Notes: generated from the sequence alone by a model not told the origin. Counted from the first letter of the whole stretch, positions 49,164 through 62,614 are shown. The stretch: DNA of 62,638 nucleotides, filler included, from Rhabdomonas costata (GCA_019059605.1; 24 parts of 24 records of this genome joined end to end with filler, not necessarily neighbours in it); one strand, 5' to 3'. Program-made: numbers and translations.

Positions 49164-52100
49164 GTGTGCCGTGCCCATCCATTTGCTTAACTCCCGTTTT
49201 TCATTGTATTTGTGCATGGTGTGCGGAGATCTTCTGTGTGTGGATTTCCCATCGGGCCTCCGTGTTACGGTATGGGCAGCGTCCAGCGATAAATACCTGG
49301 GATCTATGACACCCTGGATAATCGTTTTGACCTTTGACGGAATTTGTCGCCCCCCGAGCCAAATCTTCGAAGGGGTTTTGCTTTAGTCGGGTACCTCTGG
49401 TGACAGGCACCCCCTACGCACTTACGCACACTGCTTCAAAATGTCAAATTTGCAAGTACAAATTTATCAGTCGTTTCCCTCCCTCCCCTCCCCATCCAAG
49501 ATCAAGTGGGCCATCGTCGTGACTGTGGCCGTTTAACGTTTAAGGCCGTTTACTTGTTACAAGTTGCAGTGTTTTACACCTTTGACTTTTGAAGATCGAT
49601 GGNNNNNNNNNNNNNNNNNNNNNNNNNNNNNNNNNNNNNNNNNNNNTTAATTAATTAANNNNNNNNNNNNNNNNNNNNNNNNNNNNNNNNNNNNNNNNNN
49701 NNGGGTGGGTGGGGGTAGTTGTGTGTTACTGTGGACCCTCGCAGAGCGACAATGGAGATTCCCAAGGCCTTGTGTGCATCACCGATCACCGCTTGCTGCG
49801 TTTATATGAGGAGAGCAGGGGGAAGACGAATCAGGAGAAATTTCTTCATGAAAAAACCAAGATTGAACATGGTGTTTGTCCAGTGTTAGTGTCAACCCAT
49901 ACTCACACGCGTCCCAGGTGTAGAGGTAAAGGCTGCGTGTTCCAGCAAAGACAGTCCATTTCCTGGTAGAATTGCGCTACCAACCACGGGAATGCGAAGC
50001 AGTGTCATTACGGGTCAAAGGATACGGAGAAAGAACAGAAGCAATGTTTGCACAACTGTTCACTGTCCTGATCACCACGGAACAGAAGAAAGTGAGGCAC
50101 AAGCGAGCAAAAGGAAAGCGGGAGGTACCTGTGTGCGTCCATGTGTGCTTGCTCACCGAAAAAAAAGTCGGTGAGCAAGCGAACGGACAATTACTCACAG
50201 CGGTGGGGCAAGGATGGATCACCGGGGTGATATCTGGACAAGAATGTAGTTGCACAGATGTGGGTAGGAAGGACGGAGACTGGGGTGGGTGGAGCGGAAA
50301 CTAAAATCGGAAAATGTGGGAAGAATGGAAGGAGACTGGAGTCAGGGGCTGGGCCAAAAATAGCATGGTCTATGATTGCGCGGAAGGCGCACGGGCAGAG
50401 CCCGCAGGATTAGAAGACATACACACGAACCAGAGCACAAGGAAATGCGGAGAACGAGGCACCTGAAGTCCGCTCTGCATAGTAGCAGCACGGGTTCCCT
50501 TTCCAAATCCAACCATTCCGTCATCCGACCATTCCGCTTAACGCCTTACTCAATTCATTACCAAGCATAGCCTGAGTCGGAGATCAGAGACTGCAACACA
50601 CAAAATGAAGCCGCTTGGACACTGGTTGTGAACCGGCACATCATGTGAGAGCTGGCTTTCAAGAGAATAGATGCCGCGCAGATGGGCTACAAGCCTAGTG
50701 GGGTCATCATATACCACCATGTAGCATCAGGAAGGCCAGAATGCGAACCCGTTCACCTGAAAGCCAAAGAACCCCGGTCAAGCCGCACAGAACCACCAGC
50801 ACCGAACCCCTCTTCAAGCTCCCTCCAATCCTGCGTATTCATGCGTAGCGATGGGAAGTCGAACTCACAACGGGGCAGCAGCATATGGTAGGAAACTCTA
50901 CGCCTGAATCCCCCGTAAGAACGTAAGAACGAATGTGTGTGGGAGACCATGACCATGGGGGTTGGTGAGAATGAGGAATAGATCCCGTACAGAATAAAAG
51001 AAAAAGCTACAGTTCTTGCACACGAGAGTGAGGAGGTAAACTTACTCTCCGTTTCACTAAAATTGTCTTAGCAGAGATGTTTTTTCAGCAGAGGGCGGGT
51101 GTGGGTTCAGGCCGCACGACAGGCTTCCGGCTCGCTTGGCCCCCGAGGCGCGTTGAAGGTGCTTCTGAGCGTTTTCAGGGACGCCCTACCGAAGAATCTT
51201 GCTCGCAGGTGCGTAAGGGGGGTGTGGCGATAGAATTGGAGTGATGGTATATGGGGTTTCCGATTGATTGACGGTAAAGGGTGCCCCCTTCACAGCCAGT
51301 GGTTGGTTTCAAAAAGGGTTTGCCAACTTTCGCCTCTGATTGACTAACGGTTTTTTCTCACAGCCGGTGCCGTATTTTTTCTTGTGTTGGGTCTTTTTGC
51401 AGAGCTCAGGCTCATCGGAAAACCGAGGTCCCCTCCCACGGGGTACAGGCGTGAAGGCGTGAGGTTCGACTCGGATATGTCCCTCAGTTCTCTATCTTCG
51501 CCTTTGGGGTTTCCGAAATCGAAACACCGCACCCTGAAATTCTGCCTTTGAATTCTGCCTTTGTGTTGTGTTCTGCCTGTGTGCGTTTGTGTGGGGGCGG
51601 GTCCAGGTGAGTGAATTCCCTCCTCCCTCCGCTCCCCCTCCCCTGCGCGAACCATTCCGTTCGGTGGGGCGCCTTCTTTTCCATCTTCACGGCACCCTCC
51701 TTTTTCCCTCATCTGCCACACAGGTCAGCTTCGACGGTGGTGACCCGCTCTCGAACTGCCTCCCTTTGTGAAACGTTTATCTTCGCACACACAGGAGTGC
51801 TTTTCTATTGAATCAGAACTCAAAAAGATGCAGGCTGCGGGTTTCCTGCTTTAATTCAGACGAGACATTCATGATTATTGGTACACCGTTATGTGCGGGT
51901 GTGCGTGGTTGGTAACCTTTGATTTGATTATGTCATACACTTTCACGAAGTGACAAGTGCGAACGGCAAATTCCTCAGATTCCTCAGTGAAGCACCCCTG
52001 AACCCATTTCTGCTTTCTCATTGCAGATGGGATAACGTTACGTCTGTGCACTCGCATGTGTATACGTGAAAAGTGTTGTCCTGGGCACGAGTTTGTCCAG

Positions 52101-52308
52101 CGACTGCAGATATGCTCAAGAAATGCGGTGTGTTCACGGGGAAGAAACATTTTTGAAGGTGTCGGAAGTACTAGAGGGCCTTTCAGGTGCTGAGCGTTTT
52201 GGTTGGCGNNNNNNNNNNNNNNNNNNNNNNNNNNNNNNNNNNNNNNNNNNNNTTAATTAATTAANNNNNNNNNNNNNNNNNNNNNNNNNNNNNNNNNNNN
52301 NNNNNNNN

Positions 52309-53820
52309 GGTGGTGGGGCCCAACGGGTTCATTAGGTCGGAATTGCGATCCCCAGGCGCCACCATGAAAGGTAGGTTTCTGCTCAAACGACGGGTTTCAT
52401 AGGCTTTTTTATACCGATTTCGGATTGGGCGCAAAGGCAGACGGGGAACACAAAGCTGACCAATCCGGGTGGAAGGTGGCGGACCATTGCGGCTGACCAA
52501 CTTGCCAATTTGATCCCAGGCACCGCACCCACGCCGGCTCACCGGATGAAACCTTCTTCGGGTAAACCGGCAGACATTATCGGCCGTGCCAGGGCACTGC
52601 TTCCAATGGACTGTTTGGGAACAAGCAAAAAAAAAGCGTATGCACCTCGTTAACATGTTTCCGGGTCCCTTGTCTGTCAGAGAAGAAACCAAAAGTTTTC
52701 GAAGGATCGAGCCATTCAGGATAGCCATCGCCCCATTCCCCCAACTGTTAATGAAATCATTGAACTTTTCAGAGACAGCGACCGGAAAGCTCTTCTGGAG
52801 TCTGTGCAGACAGCCGCAGGCATTCCACAACAGCGGATTTGATGTCTAGATACTATCTAGACCTGCAGTGGATACGCGTTGGAATTCGATGTTTGCTGCC
52901 GCCGAACGGTTCATTGCTCTGAAAAACTACCTCCTCGCTGTCCAGCCCACGATCCAGGCGGAAAAGTTTGCGCTTCTGGAGGACGATGTTGGACTGCTAC
53001 ATCCCTTTGCTAAGGTGCATTTTTTATCGCCCCCACGCCCCTTCTGTTGCGCACAGGGCTAACCTGCTGGACTTTTGGTTTAGGCTTAGGACGACTCTAC
53101 CTGTGTGGACGTACTGAGTGAGCTCTACCGCCTGATGGTTTTCATTGGGCAAACGGCGCGAATGCGGTCCGTGGCAGAGAAAGCCATCGCAATCGTCAAG
53201 GAGCGAGAGCTGTTCTTTTACAACGATGCCTTCAGTTTCTTGAGGCTCCTCGACCCCGCAACGGCTCCCGCCGAGACTGCCGCCCAGAGGCTGGACGACG
53301 CAGACAAACTGGTCAAGGTACCACTCCCGGAAAAAAATTTTCCCCTAAATACTTCACCTCTGAATTCACTCCACAAAAAGTTTTCTCACGCGGTAGGTTG
53401 TCCTTCAGGTGGCCAAGCTCCTGGGGAGGGAAACCCCCGCACTTTCCGAAAAGCTGACGTAGCAGTTCGGGGGCTACGTTGGCGGCCTCGCGCAGTGGGG
53501 CACCCTCCGAGAGACGTTCGACACGAGACCGGTTCCAGTTTTCTGGAAGCAGGCGGCGCTGGCAGGTCCTGAGCTCAGTCAACTGGCCCTTGACGCCCTC
53601 TGCCCTCTGAGGCTTCAGTTGAGCGGTCGTTCTCCTCGCTGTGGCGAATTCAAGGAGACCTGCGACCAACCTGAGCGCGAAGAGCCTCAAGGCCCTGCTG
53701 TTCCTCCGCCAAAACCATTCGAATCCAGACCTTGCGGTGGAGACAGGCGCGAGTGTTGCCCGGGGGTTGTTCTTTACACCCATCAGTTTGAGCCAGGATA
53801 GTGAGGAAGGCCCTCTCTGA
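52309..53820 (+). mobile_element. Decayed hAT-superfamily transposase with spliceosomal introns
   Basis: DTRWNSMF motif near 52870 and LLDP. The C-terminal dimerisation region reads VFWKQ..PELSQLA..SEASVERSFS..NLSAKSLKALLFLRQN across frameshifts. In-frame TAG at 53460-53462. Confidence 0.88.
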
Positions 53821-54971
53821 GTTTGCGTTGGGTTTCCTGGAGCCTTTTCCTTTTCCATATATACCTCTAGTACGAACCTGTTTGGCGCTGAGGTGTTGGT
53901 GAACCTGGTGACCTGGTGACCTGGTGACCTGAGCTCTTTCATTCTTTTTTTGGCGTGGGCAAGATTTGGGAAGTCAGATTTGAGATTTGTTTGAACAGGC
54001 CAAACATTTGAACTTTTTTGTTTCTCAACTCAAAGATTTGGGGTCCCTTAAGCCACAGGGTCATCTGCAGGCTAGCAGGAGGAAGCAGGGCCTCCGTCAG
54101 AATATTTTCCCAGCAATGGCCAGCATAGCCAGTCTCGGAAGAGGGTAGGCCCAGCGAATCTGGGCAACCGCACCGTCACGAAGGTCGGAGAGGACCCCAC
54201 CCGCCTGAATGCAAATGCGTCCATTGACCAAAAGTAGGGAGTGTGTGGCAGTAATGCGGAGAAAAGGAAGGGGCAGCGGCATCCCCTACAAGGCAGCACT
54301 CAGCGAGGGTGTCATGCTGCCCGATAGCCGTCATGCAGGGTATGAGTGAAGTGAAGTGGAAATGGGCAACTTTGTATTCCAGCGAAGACAGGGCACACGC
54401 AGAGCGAGAATGCAAGAGGGACGATGGCGCCAAAAAATGGCAAGAACCAAACAGCGGCAGCACAGGCGGCGAACATTTATGCGAAGCGTTCACCCATTAT
54501 ACACGGGATGCCGACCGCGGTGGAACCGGAGAGCTGGAAGGGCACGGGACCCAGGGAAGTGTGGAACCTCTCCTGAAAGTTACCCAAGGCCAGAAGTAGA
54601 CGGTGCAACACAATAGGCCTTCAGCTTGTCCACGTTGACCGAGGCGCTAAATTCAGTTGCATCTGAAATTTTTAAAAAGTTGTTCAAGGGCCATTTGCCT
54701 CTGCCCACGTTTTTTGTGCATTTGAGACGTGTTCATGCTCCATCTGTCTGTCTGTCTCACTATTTCCTTTTAAAAGGCAAAAACCAGTATCCACCACGAA
54801 ACCCAACCCCCCNNNNNNNNNNNNNNNNNNNNNNNNNNNNNNNNNNNNNNNNNNNNTTAATTAATTAANNNNNNNNNNNNNNNNNNNNNNNNNNNNNNNN
54901 NNNNNNNNNNNNGTTTTTTGGGGTTTGATTTCTTCTCCGCTGTCATTGGACTCTCCTTTCCTTTTGCTCAG

Positions 54972-57148
54972 GGGATGGAGCAAGAGAAGAACCAGCTTAA
55001 TCAGATCATTGCGGACTGCGACGCAGAGCGGGCGAAGCAGAAGAACAAGCTGACCCATGTGATGAACGAGAGGGACATCCTGGGCACGCAGCTGATCCGC
55101 CGCAACGACGAGCTTGCCCTGCTCTACGAGAAGATCCGAATCCAGCAGAGCACCCTGAACAAGGGGGAGGTGCAGTACAGAGACCGGTATTCCCGCAACC
55201 GCGAGCTGGTGCATTTTGGGCTCATGTGGGCTTATGTGTGCGACGTTCTTCTGCTCAGCAGGGTTGGGCCGCGTGCAAAGAAGCGGGGCGTGGGCGAGGT
55301 GGGAGAAATAAAAATTCCCTGAAAACAATTTTTTTTATGCGGTTTCCCAAGCAAAACAAGCAATAAATACAGTGGGCCCAAGATGGAGCTGGTGAAATGA
55401 ACGCTTTAGCCAGGGTTTAGCCAGGGCACATCGCAGCTCCGTTCGCTTGTAATAACCATGAGTTGCGCAGAGGTATGCTCCCTCTTAAAATTTCTCTCCT
55501 GTAAGAATTCTCTCAGCGATCTAAGTCTGCATACATGAATCGAGGTCTTCCAAAACCACTAGGACCAGGTCCGCAGCCTGTCATCCCCTCACACCCCTCT
55601 CCACTTCCTCAGGCTGGTGGACATCCGCATGCTCCGGCTGAAGGTGCAGGAGCTCAAGCGTGGCCTGCACATCACCCAGGGCCAGGTCAAGAACATTGAG
55701 CAGCTCAAGAAGCAGGTCACCACTCTGCAGGCCCAGCTGAGCCAGGAGACGATCAAGGTGAAGGCCCTTTCTGAGGAGCTCGAGAACCCCATCAACGTTC
55801 ACAGGTGTCTCGTCTCCCCCCTCCACCTCGTCTCATTTCCCTTCGTTTTCCGCTTTCCTGTGGAGTATGCTGGGTTCTTTGTACGCCAGTGGGGCCAGGT
55901 TTCAAGCTCGTGGCCCAAATGTGGACTTGTATAAGCCAGGGTCTCGAGCCCGACTTCCCACCATCAGCAGCTCCACTACCTGTCTCCCTCCCGTCCCTGC
56001 AAAGGTGGCGCAAGCTGGAGGGCTCTGACCCCAAGGAGCACGAGATGATCCAGAAAATCCAGACCCTGCAAAAGCGTCTGATTGCGAAGACCGAGGAGGT
56101 TGTAGAGAAGGACATGATTATCCAGGAGAAGGAGAAACTCTACATGGAACTGAAGGGCATCCTGGTGAGTGTCACCCCTTGCAAAGCAGTCAGCGGCAGA
56201 ATTAGCCTCACACCCACCTCCATACTCCGTGTCAAGTTCCGTTGATTTGTGGTGGACCCTCTGTTCGTGCATTCTGGACAGCCTGCCACCCATTTTCCTT
56301 CAAGAATTTTTTGTACGCCTTCGGCTTCTGCACTGGGTGGCAGTCTGGCCTTTGCGTAGAACGGGAATACTGTGGAGGTGCTGGGTTTGATGATAGGTTG
56401 TGATTCCTCACAGGCCCGGCAACCTGGCCCAGAAGTGGCGGAGCAGCTCAACATTTTCCAGGAGAGCCTGCGCAAGAAGCACTCTCAGATGAAGCGGATG
56501 GCCTCCGAGCTAAACATGACCTCAACTCAGGTCGCTGCGGGGGAAGCTGGACCTTCTCGCATGCAAAATTAAACCCCAAGACTATTAAATAGAATGTTCT
56601 GTCTCTCCTCCTCCTCAGTTATTAGGCTTCACCGCTCGTGTTCCTCTCTTCGCTTGTCTTTGCTGATTGATTATCTGTGCTTCCGTGTGCGTCTTTGTGC
56701 TCTGGCGTTAGTCTGGTTTTACCGTGATCTTCATTCCAGGTTCACGCACAGCCTCTAATATGCCCGACTTGGTGCGGAGGAGTGATCGATCATTTCAGAA
56801 GATTTTTTCATGTGCGTGCTGTTTGCGAACTTTGTGTGGCAGTTTTGGAACTGAATCCAGCTTTCCTTTTGTCCCGGGCTCTTCCTCCAGACTTCTGAGT
56901 ACAAGTACGAGATAGAGCGTCTCGGCCGCGAGCTCCAGGAGTCCAAGAAGAAGTACTTCGACGAAAAGAAGAAGTACCAGACCTTGCTCCGCGAGCGCCG
57001 GCTTGCAGAGACAACACCCGCCGCCCCCGGCATGCGCAACAGCTCAGGTAGCCTCTCCCAGCCCGAGCTGGGCCCAGGGACTTTCCCCTTGGTCCACAAG
57101 CCGGACCAGGCACGCTTCGCCGGGGGAGGGTTTTCACTCTCTCAGTGA
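54972..57148 (+). CDS. CFAP58: Cilia- and flagella-associated protein 58, 3' part
   Basis: Exons 54972-55186, 55613-55804, 56005-56164, 56414-56530 and 56891-57148. Motifs: ERDILGTQLIRRNDELALLYEKI, ELENPINVHRWRKLEGSDP, LARQPGPE, RFAGGGF. Confidence 0.96.
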
Positions 57149-57588
57149 GCGAGCGCGGCAGACGGGGGAGATGAGTGCGGGTTTGGGTTTGAGGTTGCGG
57201 CTCATCTTGGAAAGATCTTTGGTTTGCATTGTACCCATTGCATGTCCTGCCGCTTGCGTCCTCTCTGCCTTCCCTCTCCCTTCTGGTGGTATGCAATGGT
57301 GCAGGGGTGTCGGCGCGGATGCGGTGCATTGACCTTGCGTTGTGCTGTGTTGGTGTTGCTGTACATAAAGACATGCATGTGCGCTGTTCGTGTATGTGCG
57401 ATTCCCATCCTCCTCTCATNNNNNNNNNNNNNNNNNNNNNNNNNNNNNNNNNNNNNNNNNNNNTTAATTAATTAANNNNNNNNNNNNNNNNNNNNNNNNN
57501 NNNNNNNNNNNNNNNNNNNACTCTTCCTCTTTTTCGTTTTCCTTTTTCTCTGGGTCGCGTGTGGGGTGAGGGCTGCGTTCTGTGGCAG

Positions 57589-59189
57589 AGCGAAGTCGTC
57601 AGCCTGTTGCTGCAATGCCCAAAAGTGGACGTCACGAAAGCGGACAGCAGTGGTGTGAGTCCTTACCAGGCAGCCGTGAGACAGGTACTGCCGCAGTGTT
57701 GGGGGTTGTTTCTCCCATCTCTGTTCCGAGATTCCTGTTTTGGTATGTGTGTATGTGTATGTATACATGTGTTGTTGGCCCCCATTTTCCATAGGGGAAG
57801 ACCTGGTTGGGGTGGGGCCAGAGTTGCCTTCAGCCTAATCGAGGCCAGCGTGTTAGACCTATGGATTTGAGCCGATTTCGGTGCCAGACAGTATTCGAAC
57901 CAGTGTTTACCCTTTACACCCAACTCAGTGTGTTTGTGTGTGTGTGTGTGTGTTTTCGGTGTGGTTGGTATGCCAGGTTGATGGCGGGGTTGTGCAACAC
58001 TCACTTGGTTCAGCGGTTCTGAAACTCGCAGACCTGCTGCGTGCAAATGCACATGCGGACCTCTACCCCACATCCCGGAACTCCTCCCCACTTCAGTCAG
58101 AGAGTGGGGCGCCCACTATTCACCCTCGGTTGCGGGACTCCTCCTGGGGCTGTTCCAACCAACATCCAGCCGGAAGGGCTTCATGGGTGGCTTCACGCTT
58201 CGCCGAAGCAATATTCCACCCATTTTAGCTTCTAAGTCCGAATACGCCTGATTTAGTGCACAATTTTGCAAGTTGTGACTTTTTGATGTGACGCCAACAA
58301 AAGAGGTTGTGGTGCCATAACCCTCAACGTGGCCACGGGAGGCATGGAAGACGTTTTCTTGTCGTGTGGAAAATTTTACCACCTGTTTTGGTTGTAATTA
58401 ATAACTAAAGATAGATCCTTTGCGTGCGCCGGATGCCTCAGTTTAGTTCTGCTTCGGCTCGGCCTTCCCGAAATGGTGCGATGTCAATTCAAGGTTTCCC
58501 TTGGATACACGGTCCAGAAAGTTTAGGAGTTACGGACTTCCAGGCGCGCTTGGGGCTTATGTCGAGATCTTTCACATGCCATTGATTTTACAGCACTTTG
58601 CGTTTGACACACTTTAATGCGGTGGATCATTTAGGGCCACTCCGTTGGGTTGGCTCTGTTGGCAGCTGACCCTCGCCTGTCCGCGGCTATTGCTGCAGAG
58701 CCCGAGGCACCGCAATTTGGATCTTCGTTCAATGCCACTTCTCTACCGGCAGCAGACCCCGTGCTAATGGTCCTCTGCCTCCTTCCTTGGTGGATCTGGT
58801 GGAAGCACTCTTTTCTCAAAATATGCAAGAGTGACAGGTGAAGTGCATCATTGTTTTGAAGGATCGGCTCATACGATTGTGATACTCCCCTTCACATGGT
58901 GGCGTCGTGAGGCTCATAATGGCCACCCCCATCGCTGTGTCCGTTCCTTCTCATTCAGGAGTTCAGCAAAGAAGGCAAGCAGGACTTTGAGACTGCTGAC
59001 GAGCCTGCAGACTCATCGATGTTGCGGCAAGTCCCAGGAACCGCGGAGCTGTGGGGCAGCTATCCCGTCCACGTGGCTGGGACGGCGATGGCTGAGGAAT
59101 CCCTTGGGAAGGGCATCGCGGTCGTGTCGGGAAATTCTGCAGAAGGCAACGGGTACCCAGCTGAAGGCCATGGCGTCCCGTCTATCTAA
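57589..59189 (+). CDS. Ankyrin-repeat protein, 3' part with low-complexity tail
   Basis: Exon 57589-57684 (EVVSLLLQCPKVDVTKADSSGVSPYQAA), probable exons starting at 57977 and 58635, and terminal exon 58959-59189 ending in TAA. Confidence 0.6.
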
Positions 59190-60218
59190 GCTGTGGTTTA
59201 CCGGGACGGGGAGGGTTTCCAAACACTGTTTCTTCTTTTTCACTATACATTGACCGAAGCGCAATTCGTTGCGGTTTGCATTGGAGACGATTATGTTGTG
59301 ATTCTTCCTTGCTGTTTTTCACTCACATTGTGTGCGGTAACGTGAAGCCGATGTGCAATTGTAAAACCGTCATATAGCCTCACATCGGACCGAAGGAAAA
59401 ATCATGGCATGAGGCTTTTTCTTGCCCTTTTCAATTGGTCCTCACCCCACGATTTTACGCCAAGCGGTGGGTTCGAGCGGCGCGCTCTTGAGATGAGCGG
59501 TGCGGACGCAGATTTGCGTTCTGACCCACTGCTTGGTCCCCACACAATGGGCCCCGCGGCGCCCATACGCGCCGGTCGAAACGCCTCCGGTCGAGGCTAC
59601 CTGCGGGTGCGCGCGAAGCAGCGCTTCCCCAGACGATTTTCCTCTTCTCTGCTTTCCCGGGTTGGGCGCGTTTCGGCCGTGGCAGTTTTATGCCTGCCAC
59701 GTGGTGGTGACGGGGCGCCCTCATGGGGGTGGCCCCTTTGGAAAACGGACTATCCCACAAACCGTAGACGCCCAAGGCCCTGGGATCGTGGGGCTCCTTT
59801 GGACCCGTGGGAAGGTATTGCTCTTCACTTCCAACCAAGTAATTACCCCCCCTTTTTATCCACCAAGGAAAGGTTCGAAGTCCATACCCTTCTTTTGAAA
59901 ACTTTGATTTTTCCGCACCATCAAAAGAGACCACTTCACATTGCGATGCGCCGTCATCGCTTTGTGTGTCGTACCCCATCCATCCAAGGCATCAGGGGCT
60001 CGGTGTTCAGCACGAGGCCGAGGGCGAANNNNNNNNNNNNNNNNNNNNNNNNNNNNNNNNNNNNNNNNNNNNTTAATTAATTAANNNNNNNNNNNNNNNN
60101 NNNNNNNNNNNNNNNNNNNNNNNNNNNNGTTCTTGGTGCGGGTGAAGTCGTTTGTGGTTTGGTCAGAGTTGAGCGGAAATAGAAGGTCTTTGAGATACAG
60201 GCACTCCAAGCGGCAGAG

Positions 60219-61397
60219 TTGTTTCGTATAACCTGCTCTCCTGTAAAAAGCAGCACATCTGGTAGAGTGGCAGTCTTGGCAACGCTGTGGGAGGAAGTTT
60301 CAGCTTTAGCAGTGGAGAAAGTCGAAACAAAAGACTCTTCGGTGCGTCCGTGCTTAAGGGGCAGTAACAAATCAAGAGAATTAGATGATAGATCACCCAC
60401 AGTGGAGGATCAGAGAGCGCTGGCGAGAGCGCAGGAACCAAAGTGGAAAGCTAGAAAGAAGTTGAAGAATTCGCCTCGGAAAGCGGTTAAAAAGTTAATC
60501 AAGGAAGTTGATCACACGGTCTGTGGACCAGACTTTGAGGTGTATCACGTACTGCCGGAGATAATGGAGCTGAACAAGGAGTTTTCCCATCTCTTTCCAG
60601 AAAAGGTGCCAGTTGGACTCACCCCTTCGATACCAACGGACCATAGGATCGATTTACTGCCAGAGAGTAAGTCCACAGCGCAGAGACTGTACCTGATGTC
60701 ACCAGCGGAAGATCAGGAGCTGATGAAGCAGCTTAAGTTGCTGCAGGACTTTGGCTTCATCGAGCCGGCAACATCGCCGTTTGGGGCGGGAGTGTTGTTC
60801 GTTCCGAAAGCGAACGGGAAGCTGATGTTGTGCGTGAACTACCGCCAGATGAATGCAATCAATGTGACGGACTCGTACCAGTTGCCCAGTGTTGACAAGA
60901 TTATTGACAGGGCGGGACACTCAAAGTGGTTCACGAAATTAGTTTTGCATTCAGAATTTCACCAGATTATGATCCAGCCGACGCACATTGAGAGGAATGC
61001 ATTCAAGACAAAGTACGTGGCGTTCCAGTTTTTAGTTATGCCGTTTGGGCTGTGCAATGCTCCAGCCACGTTTCATAAAACCATGGATTTAGTGCTTCAA
61101 TATCTGAGAGATTTCGCAGGAGCGTACGTGGACGACATCTCAGTAAACATAGACACTGTAGAAGATCACGTAGTGGCGTTGAGAGCGATGTACAAGAGGT
61201 TGTACCGAGAGAAGTTTTTCGATAATCCAAAGAAATGTGTTTTCGCGAAGCCAGAGGTAGATTATTGCGGGTTTATTATTGGGAGGAATGGGACCCCAGC
61301 CGAAGAAACTAATGGCCGTGCACGTGTGGCACTGTGTGTAGCAGGCCGTTTACCGCTGGTCGACTTGAAAGCAAGTTCAGCCAAACTCGTGGGTTAG
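60219..61397 (+). mobile_element. Ty3/gypsy reverse transcriptase, degenerate and 3'-truncated
   Basis: Motifs DHRIDL, SPFGAGVLFVPK, LCVNYR, FTKLVLHSEFHQI, MPFGLCNAPATF, YVDDI, KKCVF and YCGFII. No RNase H or integrase follows. Confidence 0.95.
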
Positions 61398-62131
61398 GTA
61401 CTGAAGGAAACCAGGTTCGCACCAGAAGCAGAGCTTGCGGAGGTGAGATTGATTGAGCCGTTGGTGCCGCAGGTTTAACTAACTCGTTCCGAGAAGACGG
61501 TGGTGAACGTGGAGGTTGACCGGAAGACGGACGCAGAGGGAGCACCAAGGACTCTGGAAGTGTCGTTCAAGACAAACCTTCTGGAGGTACAGGCTACCAT
61601 AGTCAAGGTTTCGACGAGTTTATGGGTCTCGCAATCAGGTCGGTGCCGCAAAAAGTGTGAAGGAACGGAGAGGATGCAGTCGAGCAGCCAGGTTGGGCTA
61701 GACGAAATACGTTGAGCGGGAGAGTCGTTGAGGATACACCTCTTTGTGCCATCAGGCCTGACGAATCGTCCGCTCTTGCCTCAGTGGTACTCGCCAAGGA
61801 GTCAGAAGAGCTTGTGAAGGCAAGCGTCTGTAAACACTCAGTTCTTCCGCAGCGAGTTGTACGCAGTTCAAGACGTAAGGAGCAGGTGAGTGCAGAAGAG
61901 CACTTTGAGGTTTCCCCTGTGGTGGTGAAAGAGCCCGTTCAGAAAGATGTTACGGACGGAGGGGGCTCCTTGTTGATGGTTGAGGCCGAGAGTGAAAGAG
62001 AGTGTAGTGCATCAAAGAGGAAGGCCCTTCGTTCCCAAGGACGGATGTCGTACTGACCCGACTTTGTAAAGAGAGCGCAAAGTTTAGAGTCGTGGTTCAA
62101 AGAGCTTAGCTTGAAGTCCAGCATGTGATCA

Positions 62132-62614
62132 ATGCGGAGCCGAGGGGGGCGAAAAGACGTGTTGAGAGCAGACCTTTTGTTTGCTCCTTTGTTCACCTTG
62201 ATGGATACAGAGGTGGACGGTTTCTTGGAGAACTTGAAGGACAAGCCGCCGCCACAACCCTTGCTTTTCTTGCCAATGATTGTGCGACAGAAGCAGGTGA
62301 GAGCGCTCCTGGATTCTGGGGCTTCAGACTCTTTTGTGAGTTTGTATGTGGTGGGTGAGTTGGGGTTGCAGCAGTTTCCTTTGAAGCAACCTCTGGCGGT
62401 TAGAGTGGCCAATTGTAAAGTTCTGGCTGTGACGCATTTTGTCATGTTGGTGTGGAGGCTTGGGCCAATGCCTGTAATAAAGACTACGATTCCCATTGTG
62501 TTGGGATACCAGTTCTTGGTGCGGGTGAAGTCGTTTGTGGATTGGTCAGAGTTGAGCGGAAATAGAAGGTCTTTGAGATACAGGCACTCCAAGCGGCAGA
62601 GTTGTTTCGTATAA
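62132..62614 (+). mobile_element. Ty3/gypsy aspartic protease
   Basis: Motifs VRALLDSGASDSFVS, VRVAN and IVLGYQFL. Confidence 0.9.

Noticed and set aside
49740-51460. Micro-exon gene(s) in contig 20
   Set aside because: There are several AG/GT-bounded segments on both strands, but no consistent frame or recognisable product.
53460-53462. UAG reassignment (in-frame TAG; none of the confidently called genes ends in TAG)
   Set aside because: The TAG is in a frameshifted transposon. Gln-rich conserved exons (CFAP58, DHX16, sideroflexin) contain no in-frame TAG, and too few stops were sampled.
60129-60255. Terminal direct repeat as an LTR
   Set aside because: It lies within the protease-RT coding region, lacks TG..CA ends, PBS and PPT, and its length equals a common assembly k-mer.
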